Positions 1 through 12,508 of a stretch of 64,000 nucleotides of DNA are shown here, piece after piece. The stretch is taken from NCBI GenBank assembly GCA_022707885.1, contig JAKIZT010000004.1, positions 12,243-76,242 of the forward strand. Direction: 5' to 3'. Both the position numbers and the translations under genes were made by a program. The notes beneath the pieces are model-generated. The model worked only from the letters and a program-made list of their open reading frames with translations, was not told the origin of the DNA and did not search any database. Origin of the DNA: Caldisericales bacterium (GTDB taxonomy: Bacteria > Caldisericota > Caldisericia > JAAYUI01). Positions within the stretch are counted from its first letter, which is position 1. Each line of letters begins with the position of its first letter.

Positions 1-360
1 TATGCCAAACTTTGGCAATACATTGACAACCAGGTCGTAGGTTCCTCCATAAAGCGAGTTTTGTGCGATTATCATGTCACCCGCAGAAAGGCAGGACATC
101 AGGCCTACACTTACAGCCGCCATTCCGGACGAGAGCGCAATGGCACTTTCGCAGTCGTCAAGCGAGGCTATCTTCTCTTCAAGCGATTTTCTTGTTGGAT
201 TGGAGATCCTTGAATATATGTAACCATCCCAGCCTTCAAGCGATTTTGCATTGGGTATCACATAGGTTGTGCTTGGCGATATGTCGCCCGTAACAGCCTG
301 GTTGAACCACTCAGGATGTTCGCCAGAATGTATTGCTTTGGTTCCGTAACGTTTCTTCAT
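1..360 (-). CDS. Cys/Met-metabolism PLP-dependent enzyme (cystathionine gamma-synthase / O-acetylhomoserine sulfhydrylase-like), N-terminal part; the gene continues beyond the window start
   Basis: Manual minus-strand translation from ATG at 360..358: MKKRYGTKAIHSGEHPEWFNQAVTGDISPSTTYVIPNAKSLEGWDGYIYSRISNPTRKSLEEKIASLDDCESAIALSSGMAAV. This matches the Y.R..NPT...LE..IA.LE......SSGMAA motif of the trans-sulfuration enzyme family. An AGGAG RBS lies upstream. The ORF track missed it because the in-window part has no stop. Confidence 0.7.
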   Translation of the reverse strand, partial: MKKRYGTKAIHSGEHPEWFNQAVTGDISPSTTYVIPNAKSLEGWDGYIYSRISNPTRKSLEEKIASLDDCESAIALSSGMAAVSVGLMSCLSAGDMIIAQNSLYGGTYDLVVNVLPKFGI

Positions 361-483
361 GCCAAATCTCCTTGCAAGAAAAAGTGAGGACTGCAAAAAA
401 CATAATTACAAGCACGTTTCTTGCCATCAATAAAGACCATCAGAAACCACTTTTTGACTTTGCAAGGAAGATTGTGAACATTT

Positions 484-512
484 TTGCATTAAGTGTCCAC
501 CGTTGTTATAAT
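484..512 (+). promoter_or_regulatory. Putative sigma70 promoter for guaB: TTGCAT, 17 nt spacer, TATAAT
   Basis: TTGCAT at 484-489 and TATAAT at 507-512 with a 17-nt spacer, about 120 nt upstream of the guaB start. Confidence 0.4.
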
Positions 513-606
513 TCTATCACAAAGTTGCAGTAAAAAATGGCAGGGTGCCAAAAAAAATAAATGACCCCAAAACAACAAAACCACACTTGAAACCTTAGAC
601 ACATAA

Positions 607-2886
<2,280 letters not shown>

Positions 2887-2894
<8 letters not shown>

Positions 2895-5565
2895 TTTCTG
2901 CCCGGACAATGGCAGTTCTTGTTGTCTGATCCCATTTAACATCACAATTGATTGCATCTGCAACAAAACGGAGTGGAACAAATGTCCTGCCTGTCCTGAT
3001 TTGGGGCGTTGCATCAAGCTGGTATGGTTGTCCGTTTATATAGGCATTTTTCTTGCCCACCCACATGGTTATTATGTCTTGCCCTCTTAGGAGGTCTATT
3101 CTTTGCTCGGATGCAAGCCATTTGGTCTGGTAGCCCAGTTTTTCAGCAATATATCTCAATGGCACGAGCGTTTTCCCATTGGTTATAAACGGAGATGCTT
3201 CAAGCTCCTCACAATTTCCATTGTTCCAGGCCTTTCTGTCATCAATATGAAATGCCAGCTCTCTGATATCGGTCCTGTTTATTGTTCTTCTAACCCAAAG
3301 CGATCTGCCATAAGAAGAATCCTCGACTTTAAAGAGCACGTCGCTGGAGCGCACATCAAGATCAATATCAACAGAATAGCTGCCCTCGGAGGTCAGCCTT
3401 GGAATATATTTCTTGCTCTGACCTTCCACAACAAGCACCTGGTCCTTGGTTGAACTTCCAGAAACAGTCACAATATTGCCCTTTATGTTTTGCCCATCCG
3501 CAATGCTTGTTTGCAATGAAAAACCGTTCTTGTCAATATTGGTTCTGCAAATGGGCAAATCAGACAACAGGTGGACTGCCAAATCTGGCGATTTGACAGT
3601 GGCCAGCGTCAAAGAGATATTTGATGCTCCCTGCTTCCTTCCCAAAAAACAGAATGAAAAGGCAATCCCTGGGGAGGAGATGCCATACTTTTCAAAACTT
3701 CTGGCAAATGAGAAAATGATTCTGCCTCTTGACTGGATCGAGTTGGGTGCTTCACAACAACGATAATCCATCGTGGCAAATTGCCCTACCTTCATCTTCT
3801 GGAACTGGAGTTTCTCACTGTCATATTCAAGCTGTGCCGACAGAGAATCAACGGGGAGGGATGGAGAAATAAGCAAATCAATCCATAATTCCTGTCCCTG
3901 TTTTGCGTATGTATATTCTGGCAAAAGGACAAGCTCTGTAACAGTTGGTGGCGGTGCTTTGACAACAATCTCGAGTTCTGCCTGGCCCTTGTATTGCTGG
4001 GACTCACCCTTCACGACAACAACCACTTTTTGTGGAACAACAAATTTCTCGACCTGCACAATGACCCTGGCGTCCTGGTTTGGGAGCGGGTCAGGCGGGT
4101 CGAAGGTTATGGTGATGCCATACGTGGTCGTATAGGATAGCTTGAGCGGGTAGATGGCGGGCACTTCTCCAAAAACAAGCTTTGTTTCTGCTTTCCGACC
4201 AGATACCACTGTAACGGACGCCGGAGAGAAAGCCATCTGAATATCTTGCTTTGGAATGACCGGCTCCTGCTTCATGCCAGGGTCGCCAAGCAGGATAAAT
4301 GAATAGACATTTTGAAGGTATTTGTTCTGCCAGCCATTTATTGTCCTGAATTCTTTTGCGAATGACTCAAGACTTTTTGCAAGCGCAAAACCAATGGCAT
4401 CTCCTTCAGCATAATTTTTTGTTATGTAATAAGAGATCGTCTGGTTGCCACCATCAGAGGGCTTGCTCCATCCTGGGGTAAAGTAGTTTATCGCTGTTGC
4501 GCCAACAAAGGCACCAGCACCGGAACGCAAGGAAGCTGAACCCAGAGATGAGGCACCTCCTGCAACATCAGCTGTTGAGCAGGCTGTAGAGATGATGAGT
4601 CTTGACTTGATGATGTTGTTATAGAGCTGGCCATCATCAAGCAGAAGTGGCATCCTAATTTCAGTGGCGCTGTCTGCGTGGCCGTTCCCATTCTGATCGT
4701 TCAGCCAGTATTTTCTGACGATCCTGTTTGCCTCGCCATGAGCCAGCCAGTTGACCATTCCATAGTCATTTTTTGTAAGTTCATTCAACAAATTCGTGCT
4801 GTTGAGGCACATGTCGCCAGGAAGACCGGGTTTCGTGCCGTCACACTCGTAGAGGGTCTTTCTGATGTACCCCATTGGTTTCAGGATGTCGCTCCAGATC
4901 TTCTCTTCCATATCAGCGCCATCGGTGAATTTATTGGTTGGATCACCATCCTCGTTGTCAAAAGAGTAAAGCGCGGCCGCCTGCAGAACACTTTTCCTTG
5001 AGGAAGATGGTGAATCGTAGAGTTTCACCCTGTTCAAATACTTCTCAATGTTAGCCTGGTCGGAAAAGGGTATCCTTCCAACTGCAATTTTAGGGGCAAT
5101 CTGGACCTGGTCATCATCCGGCTCTCCGAGCCTTCCATCATTGTCCCTGTCCCAGTTGGTGTCTGGCTGGGAATAGAAATAGTCGGAATAGACCGGACCA
5201 GGCTCCCCCCAGACAACATTGTCCACGTTTTTTGCCGCATAGAGCCTGGGCATTGGAATGTCATTTGTATCACCAACAAGCAAAAGATACTTGATATTGA
5301 ATCTTTTCTGGTTGTCCCTGATATAATTCTGGAGCTGGAAGTAAGGCGCAATTCCACTGTTCCCTGCGATAATGTCTGTGGAATTGATAATTTTTACTGA
5401 ATACCCCTGTGATTCCCTATGTTTTTGCCACGATTGCAATACGCCTTCAGCGCCAGGGGCTGCAATAACCAAATACCCCCCCTGTTCCGCCGATTGTGCG
5501 AAGCGAGGGTAGGTGAGGGGTGCCAGGAAAACCAGGAGCGAGAGTACCAGAGAGATTTTTCGCAT
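2887..5565 (-). CDS. Secreted caspase-fold cysteine peptidase-like protein (C25/gingipain-like) with two C-terminal copper-amine-oxidase N-domain-like (CuAO-N) repeats
   Basis: 892 aa. Signal peptide MRKISLVLSLLVFLAPLTYPRFAQSA. YLLLVGDTNDIPMP, WLAHGEAN (His) and ISTACSTAD (Cys) resemble C25 motifs. The C-terminus carries two repeats with FVPLRYIAE / FVPLRFVADAINCDVKWDQTTRTAIV signatures. Confidence 0.5.
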
Positions 5566-5652
5566 TCTTGTTTATTTTACATACGTTGCCCCCGCCAGGC
5601 AACTCCAACGGGGGCAAGTTTGGTCAGTTTAAATGTAGTTTATTTTTTGGTC

Positions 5653-8601
5653 TTAGTAGGAGAGTCTTTCGATTCTTACAGTTTTTGTGGCCGAATCAAA
5701 ATTGACTGTACAACCCATGTTCTCGGCCACGAATCTTAATGGTACAAAGGTTGTCCCAGATTTTATTTCCGGTTCGGTATCAAGTTCAATGGCTTTTTGG
5801 TCAACATAGGCCGTCTTTGAGCCAACCCTCATGATTATAAATATTGATGCACCACCCTCATTGAGTGTGATAGTAATACTCTTGTCCTCGGGAAGCCACT
5901 CGACTCTTGCACCAAAAGCTTGTGATATGGCCCTTATCGGAACCATTGTTCTCGAGCTCTTGATGTAGGGGGCAACTGAAAGCGGAGGATTAGAGGTCTG
6001 ACCATCAATGAGCATGGTCGGATTGCCAATCACCATCTCAACAACGGTTTCGTGCCATACCGTGAGAGTAATGGGTTTTTCAGTCGAATTCCCGGCTTTG
6101 TCCATTGCGACAAGCACCAGATTGTTCTGGCCTTTTTTGACCTGGACAGTTGCTTTGAAGATGTCATTCACAACAGTTGCTTCAACTTCCCCAATCCTGA
6201 CTCTGGAGCCAGGTTCGACTCTGCCTTTTATTTCAACCGATTCAACATCAATGAGCTTGTCGAGGTTGTCAAGTATCACCAATGGTGGGATATTGTCCAT
6301 CTCCACCACCACCATTTTTTCCGTCTCGTTTCCGGATGGGTCTTTCGTGGTGATAATTATCTTGTTGACCCCGTTTTGTAACGTGACGGTGGCAAGAAAC
6401 TTGCCTGTTGAGTCCACAACAGCTCTTGTTCCATTAACAAAAACAACGCAATCTGGCTCGGTTGTTCCCATCACATTTACCTTTTCTTCCTTGGTGAGTT
6501 CTGGAAGCGGGTCAATATTGAGTATGGGGGGCTGCTTGTCCTTTGCTATCCTGTAGGTCATGAGGGTGTCCCTGAAACCGTTCTTTGTAGCCTGTACTAC
6601 AATCTCGCCCTCCTGGGTGAAAGTGCACTCAATGGTTGCCTTTCCCTTTGTATTTGTAACAGCTGTGGCGTCAAAACCACAGCCCTTAACGGTGATATTT
6701 ACATTTGGGACAACTTCCTGTGTCCCCGATGTATAGCAAGTCACAAAAGCCTTTATGGTTTTTCCTACCTCGGGTTGGGACTCCCATTCGATGACAATCT
6801 CAAGACCCTTGTAGACATCCAGCCACATGACTTCCTGCAACTCATAATATTGCGGTGAGTTTGGAAGAACTTCAAGCCAGGACCTGTTTTGTGTCTTGTA
6901 TCTCATCTCGACAACTGCTTCACCAGTACCCGTCGGCGTGAAGACCATGGTTGTCTCGACATCATTGTAGCGCTCTTCATATTCTGTACGCCCATAAATC
7001 GCCGCTTCGTGCTGGTTGCCTTTGAAACCCGGTTCACCTTCAACGTGCATCGGCAAATCCCTTTCATCGGCAGGCTGGGTGATAACAACAACATGGTTTT
7101 GGGTGGAGTAAACCAGATCATAATTGTCTTTGTTGAAAAAATATTTAGGAAGGTCTTCTCTTGTTTCTGCAATCAGAAGTTTGAACTTTGGAGGTGCTAT
7201 TTTTGCAAGCGTTTCTGGTATTGCATCAAAATCAAGCCAGTAAACTCCATCGCCCTTGTATCTGGATGTTACGAAACTGGCGGAAGTGTTTGTATTTGGT
7301 GGCTTTCCTGCAGCATCAATATCGGCCCAGTAGTTGTTCCCAACCAGACCGCCTATGAAGCAGGCATCCTCGGCAAAAATGTAGAGGCTCGTCTGGCCGT
7401 TTACATCAAGATTCAGGCTGTCCCTGTAATCAATCACCTTATCATCATTGAGGTTGGCAAAGATCATGCCGTCAAAGTGTTGGCTGTTATAGATGCAACC
7501 AAGCCCCCAACCACCATATTCGGCCGGTGGAAGGTCAAAAAATGGATGAGTAGAGTATTCTCCATTATTGTACCTTACATTGGTAGTGTTGTAGTAAGTA
7601 AGATAGCCAGTCCATATTTTATTGGCAGTATCAAAAACATACTGTGGGCCGAAAGAGAATATTTCCTTGTTTGTCCACTCGAGCCTGCCATCATTGTTGA
7701 GGTCAAGCCCGAGATGCATATCATAGCGACCGCCGTCATCGGAAAGGAAATATGCCTGCCCGCCTGCATAGAAATTGAATCCCTGGGCAAGCGTTGGCTT
7801 GGTTACCCACTTGTAGTTTGCCGGTCTGGTAGTAAACGGTGTAAATCTGGCAGTTTTTTTGATTCCGGTGCAAAGGCTGACTCCCTGTGAAATACCCCTG
7901 ACCACTCTCCCTTCTGCGTCCTGAACAGTCACCCTGATGTTATATATCCTGTTATCACATGCTGTCATTACAAAATCTGGGTCACCAGGGCTTTCAAAAG
8001 CCTTTGATTCCGTATCCTCGGTGTTGGTGATTTTGTAGGTGACCACAGGTGTCTTTACGGCTATTCTTGCTTCCCCTGCAAACCTTCTGTCGGGGGTGAT
8101 GACTTTTATCCTCAATTCACCAACATCATTCGCCACAAAACCCTTGAAGATGTATATTCCTCTGGAAGCCTGTGAAAAATCGATTTCAATAAGGTTTCTA
8201 CCAAAAAGGAGCTTGTTGCAGACATTTGTTCCATCATCATTGTGCAGGTCAGTTCTCGTCCAGTAGTAACTGGGAAGAACTGCATTTCTGCCATAGTAAT
8301 ATGTGTTGTCCGGGTGAGGATCCAGAAATAACTGATTCCACACGACTTTTTGGTCAATAGTGGAACCATCAACTCCTCTCGTCAAGTCAACAGGCTTTCC
8401 GTTCTGGTCTGTAACCATAAGCTGGAAAGGCCTTGCCGGATCAACTAGTTCGGCGGCCATTCCGGCCGTCAGGATGGATGGTGTCGGGGTTATGATGAGG
8501 GAGGACGCTGCCAGTGCCTTGCTACTTTCCTTCGCAAATCCCGGGAATGCCAACATCCCAAGGACCAAGGCTAGCGAAATTATTGTTCTAATGGTTTTCA
8601 T
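5653..8601 (-). CDS. Large secreted surface protein (982 aa) with two C-terminal CuAO-N-like repeats
   Basis: Signal peptide MKTIRTIISLALVLGMLAFPGFA. C-terminal MVPIRAISQAFGARVEW and FVPLRFVAENMGCTVNFDSATKTVRIERL repeats. Long beta-rich central region. Confidence 0.8.
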   Translation of the reverse strand: MKTIRTIISLALVLGMLAFPGFAKESSKALAASSLIITPTPSILTAGMAAELVDPARPFQLMVTDQNGKPVDLTRGVDGSTIDQKVVWNQLFLDPHPDNTYYYGRNAVLPSYYWTRTDLHNDDGTNVCNKLLFGRNLIEIDFSQASRGIYIFKGFVANDVGELRIKVITPDRRFAGEARIAVKTPVVTYKITNTEDTESKAFESPGDPDFVMTACDNRIYNIRVTVQDAEGRVVRGISQGVSLCTGIKKTARFTPFTTRPANYKWVTKPTLAQGFNFYAGGQAYFLSDDGGRYDMHLGLDLNNDGRLEWTNKEIFSFGPQYVFDTANKIWTGYLTYYNTTNVRYNNGEYSTHPFFDLPPAEYGGWGLGCIYNSQHFDGMIFANLNDDKVIDYRDSLNLDVNGQTSLYIFAEDACFIGGLVGNNYWADIDAAGKPPNTNTSASFVTSRYKGDGVYWLDFDAIPETLAKIAPPKFKLLIAETREDLPKYFFNKDNYDLVYSTQNHVVVITQPADERDLPMHVEGEPGFKGNQHEAAIYGRTEYEERYNDVETTMVFTPTGTGEAVVEMRYKTQNRSWLEVLPNSPQYYELQEVMWLDVYKGLEIVIEWESQPEVGKTIKAFVTCYTSGTQEVVPNVNITVKGCGFDATAVTNTKGKATIECTFTQEGEIVVQATKNGFRDTLMTYRIAKDKQPPILNIDPLPELTKEEKVNVMGTTEPDCVVFVNGTRAVVDSTGKFLATVTLQNGVNKIIITTKDPSGNETEKMVVVEMDNIPPLVILDNLDKLIDVESVEIKGRVEPGSRVRIGEVEATVVNDIFKATVQVKKGQNNLVLVAMDKAGNSTEKPITLTVWHETVVEMVIGNPTMLIDGQTSNPPLSVAPYIKSSRTMVPIRAISQAFGARVEWLPEDKSITITLNEGGASIFIIMRVGSKTAYVDQKAIELDTEPEIKSGTTFVPLRFVAENMGCTVNFDSATKTVRIERLSY

Positions 8602-8691
8602 TCAAAACCTCCTGGCTGATTTCAAACTCAATACCGAAAAAGCCCCTTAAAAGTTCAACCCATAGCACATCACTGTTGCCAAAATGATAAT

Positions 8692-9435
8692 TTGGTGCAA
8701 TATTTTTGGTGGAGGTGCAATTTGGACAAGAATACTTGCGAAGATTTTATAAAAGGAACATCGTATTTTTCAGGTGAAAGAGTTGATCCACCAGAACTTC
8801 ATGAAGAGCTCCCGCCATCACCCAACATTATTTCCGAACCGGTTGCATTGCCCAGTTTTGACCAGAACACCAATCTGCTCCAAATTATAAACCGCAGGAG
8901 ATCGAAAAGAAATTTTGAAAACAAACCAATTTCGCTCGTACAGCTATCCAAACTCTGTTGGGGGACACAAGGTGAAACTGGCAGGGTTGGCCAGACCATA
9001 CTGAGATCAGTGGCTTCGGCTGGAAACAGACATCCATTAAACACGTACATTCTAATAAATAGAGTAGAGGAGCTTTTGCCTGGTCTTTATTTTTATAATA
9101 ATAGCAACTCCCTTGGGCCATTGAGGCTTGGTGAACTCGGAGGCGAGCTTGCTGAGGCTTGTCTGGGACAAAAAATGATAGAATCCTGTTCGGCAGTTTT
9201 TATATGGACTGCCGCAACAGCAAGAACAACGTCAGTATACAGAGCAAGGGGTTACAGGTATATCTTTCTCGATGCAGGACACATCGGGGCGCAATTACAG
9301 CTCCTCTGTGTTGATCTTGGACTTGGGTCCTGCAATATAGGTGCTTTCTGGGATGACAAAGTGGCAAAATTCCTTGGGATAGAACATAAACATGAAATCC
9401 CCATATACATAGCTGTTGTTGGATGGCCGAAATAA
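8692..9435 (+). CDS. Nitroreductase-family / SagB-type dehydrogenase domain protein
   Basis: RRRSKRNFENKPISLVQLSKLCWGTQG matches the nitroreductase-family N-terminal motif. Confidence 0.55.
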   Translation: MVQYFWWRCNLDKNTCEDFIKGTSYFSGERVDPPELHEELPPSPNIISEPVALPSFDQNTNLLQIINRRRSKRNFENKPISLVQLSKLCWGTQGETGRVGQTILRSVASAGNRHPLNTYILINRVEELLPGLYFYNNSNSLGPLRLGELGGELAEACLGQKMIESCSAVFIWTAATARTTSVYRARGYRYIFLDAGHIGAQLQLLCVDLGLGSCNIGAFWDDKVAKFLGIEHKHEIPIYIAVVGWPK

Positions 9436-9449
9436 AAAGCTTCTAAACT

Positions 9450-10031
9450 CTAATGTATTCTTGAGACAGCCAGCTTGGTAACGTGTTTCAGGGTTTCCTT
9501 CACGCCAATGCCCTTTGTTGCAACAGCCTCGTAAATCGGGAACCTTCCTTCTGGATTGAGTGACTCTTCGAGCACCTCAAAGGGTATCGCATTTGGAAGG
9601 TCACGCTTGTTATATTGGATAATGAGGGGGACTTTGTCCAGATCAAGGCCATATTCCCTGAGGTTCTCAACCATGTCCTGGAAATTCTCTATATTTGCTT
9701 CGAGTTTGTCCGGATCGGAATCTGCCACAAAGACGATTGCATCAACAGACTTCAGGATTGATTTTCTGGTAAGGCCATAGATTGCCTGGCCAGGGACTGT
9801 GTAAACACCAAGCCTGAGTTTGAAGCCCCTTACGGTCCCAAGATCAAGTGGTAGGTAATCAAAAAACAGGGTTCTCTCAGTGGCTGTTGCAATGGAGGTA
9901 AACTGGCCTTTGACCTCTGAAGGAACCTGGTCGTAAATTACCTGCAGGTTGGTTGTTTTTCCAGACAGAGCCGGGCCATAATAGACAAGTTTTACGTTGA
10001 TTTCTTTTGTTGCAAAATTAACTAGGGCCAT
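9450..10031 (-). CDS. mglA: Ras-like small GTPase MglA
   Basis: 193 aa. The N-terminus MALVNFATKEINVKLVYYGPALSGKTTNLQVIY is nearly identical in pattern to Myxococcus MglA ([23 protein letters not shown]). Confidence 0.85.
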   Translation of the reverse strand: MALVNFATKEINVKLVYYGPALSGKTTNLQVIYDQVPSEVKGQFTSIATATERTLFFDYLPLDLGTVRGFKLRLGVYTVPGQAIYGLTRKSILKSVDAIVFVADSDPDKLEANIENFQDMVENLREYGLDLDKVPLIIQYNKRDLPNAIPFEVLEESLNPEGRFPIYEAVATKGIGVKETLKHVTKLAVSRIH

Positions 10032-10042
10032 TTGTCACCAGC

Positions 10043-10519
10043 TCAAAGGATATTGTCCAGATCGAGATCCTTGTCCAGATCACCGCCACCGAATTCTGTT
10101 GGTATGGCCTGCGACATTCTCTCTATTACTGGTGTGAGCGCTGTTGAAATCTTTTTTGCCCAGAACCTGATGGCGCCTATTGGAGCCCTGTTATCAAAGA
10201 TCATGATGAGCAGGGTTTCCTGGGTAAGTAGTGAGATGTGTATGTTGTTTTCGGAACCCTGGTGGAACGTTATTGTAAATTCATTCTCACCAATTTGTCT
10301 GGCAAGTTCGTTGGTTGCAGCATAAACACCAGCAGATAGTGCAGCAATGGCTGAAGCCGCCTGGCGGGTGGCTGATCCATGCTTTGAGATAAGCTGGCCA
10401 GATTTATCTACAAGAAAAATATGTTTTGCCTGAGAATCTATGAGGGTTTTAGCCAGGTATTCGTCTATTTCCCTCAATTCGTTTTCAGAAATGACAAGGT
10501 TGGTAAGCCTTTCGCCCAT
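10043..10519 (-). CDS. mglB: Roadblock/LC7-domain GTPase-activating protein MglB
   Basis: Matches MglB blocks: IFLVDKSGQLISKHG, ALSAGVYAATNELARQIGENEF..FHQG, LLIMIFDNRAPIGAIRFWAKKIS. The likely start is ATG 10519..10517, preceded by AAGGAG. The ORF track's 10600 start adds an improbable N-terminus. The gene lies 12 nt upstream of mglA. Confidence 0.8.
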   Translation of the reverse strand: MGERLTNLVISENELREIDEYLAKTLIDSQAKHIFLVDKSGQLISKHGSATRQAASAIAALSAGVYAATNELARQIGENEFTITFHQGSENNIHISLLTQETLLIMIFDNRAPIGAIRFWAKKISTALTPVIERMSQAIPTEFGGGDLDKDLDLDNIL

Positions 10520-10670
10520 TGAACATCTCCTTATTTGAACTGGGGTTAACTTACCAAACAATCGTCTTTGTGTCAACGAGAAAGCCATAAAATTCAACAT
10601 TTATAAGAAATAACACCTCCGTTGACTAACAAAGCGATATGGGATAATTTTGCGTTTGGAAAGGGGTAAC

Positions 10671-11285
10671 ATGCCTTCAAAAAAATTTAGTGCTGTTTTT
10701 GCAGCGGTGATTTTGATTCTGACTTTTTCGTTGGGTTGTGGAGGTGGGAGTGGCGGAAACGGAGGAGGAACAGGTGACAAAAAAATCCCTGACCTGAAAT
10801 ACAAGCTACATCCGGTTTCCCTTGGCGATGAAAATACCATATACCAGGTAATGCAAGAAAATAATGCCAAAGCGCTGATCCTGGATTTCTGGGCAGTCTG
10901 GTGTGAGCCATGCAAAGAGGAATTACCATACCTCGAGCTTATCCACAGGGAATACAAAGATAAGGGTGTTGTTGTGCTTGCTGCAACAATTGATCCTTTC
11001 GATGATGAGCAAATGATTAATGAAACACTTGACGGGACAAATGACTCAAAAATAAAAAAGTCATGGAAAAAGCTTGGCGAATTCAAGCTTATTGATGGAA
11101 AGGTCATAACTATGGACATTCCTGTTGATGGGAACAGAGAAATCGCCAATGCGTTGGGTGTAACATCCATCCCAAGAACATTCCTCATCGACAAGGATCA
11201 TAATATAGTTTATCAACACACAGGGTTTGACGAGGGAAAAGTTGAAGAACTGAAGAAAAAACTGGATGAACTGCTTTCCAAATAA
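10671..11285 (+). CDS. TlpA/ResA-like thiol:disulfide oxidoreductase lipoprotein (thioredoxin fold, WCEPC)
   Basis: Lipobox LTFSLGCGG, Gly-rich linker, thioredoxin motif ILDFWAVWCEPCKEELPYL, and the cis-Pro loop TSIPRTF. Confidence 0.8.
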   Translation: MPSKKFSAVFAAVILILTFSLGCGGGSGGNGGGTGDKKIPDLKYKLHPVSLGDENTIYQVMQENNAKALILDFWAVWCEPCKEELPYLELIHREYKDKGVVVLAATIDPFDDEQMINETLDGTNDSKIKKSWKKLGEFKLIDGKVITMDIPVDGNREIANALGVTSIPRTFLIDKDHNIVYQHTGFDEGKVEELKKKLDELLSK

Positions 11286-11389
11286 CTGATCAGGCCAAAT
11301 TAAACCGAGCTTAAATACTTTTGACACGATTTCGTGGTTGACTCGTGTGTAAGTATATGTACAAAGAAGTCATCCTTAAAGGAGGCAAA

Positions 11390-12151
11390 ATGAAGTACAC
11401 AAAAATATTGGTTCTTTTCTTGGCAGTCGTTCTTCTCGGTTCATTAGTCCTGACAGCATGCGGCGGAAGCAACACAAATCCGACAGACAACGGAACGCCG
11501 ACTGATCAGGGAACTACCGACCAGGGAACAACTGATCAAAACAATAATGGACAGACCGACCAGGGCACAGACAAGCCAGCCGGTGAAGAAGACGACATCC
11601 TCGTTGTTCCGGGAATGGAATCCAATGTCAGGCTGAATGCTGGCGACGTTGTTCCAGACCTCAAGTTCAAGCTCCATCCAGTCTCTGCAGGTTCCGAATC
11701 GTCCCTCTACCAGATCATGGAAGAAAACAACGCAAAAGCACTCGTCCTTGATTTCTGGGCAGTCTGGTGCGAACCGTGCAAGGAAGAGCTCCCATATCTT
11801 GAACAGCTCCACAGACAGTATAAAGACAAGGGTCTCGTAGTTCTTGCCGCAACCATTGATCCATTTGAAGATGAAGTTTCAATCATGGAAACACTCGATG
11901 GGACAAACGACAACAAGATCAAGAAGTCATGGAAGAAGCTTGGCGAGTTCGAGCTCATCGATGGACAGGCAATCACAATGAACATCCCGGTTGATGGCGA
12001 CAGGGCAATGTCCAAGGCACTCGGAGTCACCTCAATCCCAAGGACATTCCTCATCGACAAGGACCACAAGCTTGTTTATCAGCACACTGGCTTTGACGAG
12101 GGCAAGGTCAACGAGCTTATCCAGAAGGTCAAGGAAGTGATGGGAGAGTAA
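11390..12151 (+). CDS. TlpA/ResA-like thiol:disulfide oxidoreductase lipoprotein, paralog 2
   Basis: Lipobox LVLTACGGS, a TDQGTTDQGTTDQ low-complexity linker, and a C-terminal 160 aa about 80% identical to the upstream paralog (VLDFWAVWCEPCKEELPYL). The start at 11390 is preceded by AAAGGAGG. Confidence 0.8.
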   Translation: MKYTKILVLFLAVVLLGSLVLTACGGSNTNPTDNGTPTDQGTTDQGTTDQNNNGQTDQGTDKPAGEEDDILVVPGMESNVRLNAGDVVPDLKFKLHPVSAGSESSLYQIMEENNAKALVLDFWAVWCEPCKEELPYLEQLHRQYKDKGLVVLAATIDPFEDEVSIMETLDGTNDNKIKKSWKKLGEFELIDGQAITMNIPVDGDRAMSKALGVTSIPRTFLIDKDHKLVYQHTGFDEGKVNELIQKVKEVMGE

Positions 12152-12166
12152 AACCTCCAAAAAATC

Positions 12167-12199
12167 AAAGCGCTCCTTTTAAAAGGAGCGCTTTTTTTG
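12167..12199 (+). terminator. Rho-independent terminator after tlpA paralog 2; its T-run overlaps a TATAAT -10 element (12200-12205)
   Basis: AAAGCGCTCCTTTT/AAAAGGAGCGCTTT hairpin followed by 7 T residues, then TATAAT. Confidence 0.7.
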
Positions 12200-12226
12200 T
12201 ATAATGGCAAAAAAGGAGGTGTAGGA

Positions 12227-12508
12227 ATGAGCGTAACTCATGTCGCAGGAGAGAACAAAGGGACCATTTTCATTTATGCGCTTAGCACATGTGGTTGGTG
12301 CAAAAAAACCAAGGAATTCCTTAAAGAACTGGGCCTGGAGTATAGTTACGTTGATGTAGACCTCTTGCCAGAAAGTGAAGAAGACAAAACAGTCGAAGAA
12401 ATGAAAACCTGGAATCCGACCTCTTCATTTCCAACAATCGTAATCAACAACAAAAAGGCAGTCATTGGCTTCCAGCCTGACAAAATAAAGGAGCTCCTGG
12501 GAATATGA
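12227..12508 (+). CDS. Glutaredoxin/NrdH-like small thiol-disulfide protein (CGWC)
   Basis: IFIYALSTCGWCKKTKEFLKELGLEY is a glutaredoxin-like fold. A strong RBS AAGGAGGT precedes ATG 12227. The stop overlaps the next gene's start (ATGA). Confidence 0.6.
   Translation: MSVTHVAGENKGTIFIYALSTCGWCKKTKEFLKELGLEYSYVDVDLLPESEEDKTVEEMKTWNPTSSFPTIVINNKKAVIGFQPDKIKELLGI

Noticed and set aside
361-480. Possible SAM (S-box) riboswitch upstream of the trans-sulfuration gene
   Set aside because: No S-box core consensus is recognisable by eye. It cannot be supported without a covariance-model search.
63-533. Plus-strand ORFs 63-293 and 333-533
   Set aside because: They overlap the clearly homologous minus-strand trans-sulfuration enzyme gene (1-360) and the guaB promoter region. 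They have no motifs and are spurious.
6889-7890. 333-aa plus-strand ORF inside the 982-aa surface-protein gene
   Set aside because: It is antisense to a gene with a signal peptide and conserved CuAO-N repeats. It is Cys- and Phe-rich and looks like a frame artefact.
10601-11194. 197-aa minus-strand ORF antisense to tlpA paralog 1 (and a similar ORF at 11707-12069)
   Set aside because: It is the mirror frame of well-supported thioredoxin genes. It has low complexity and is Ser-rich.
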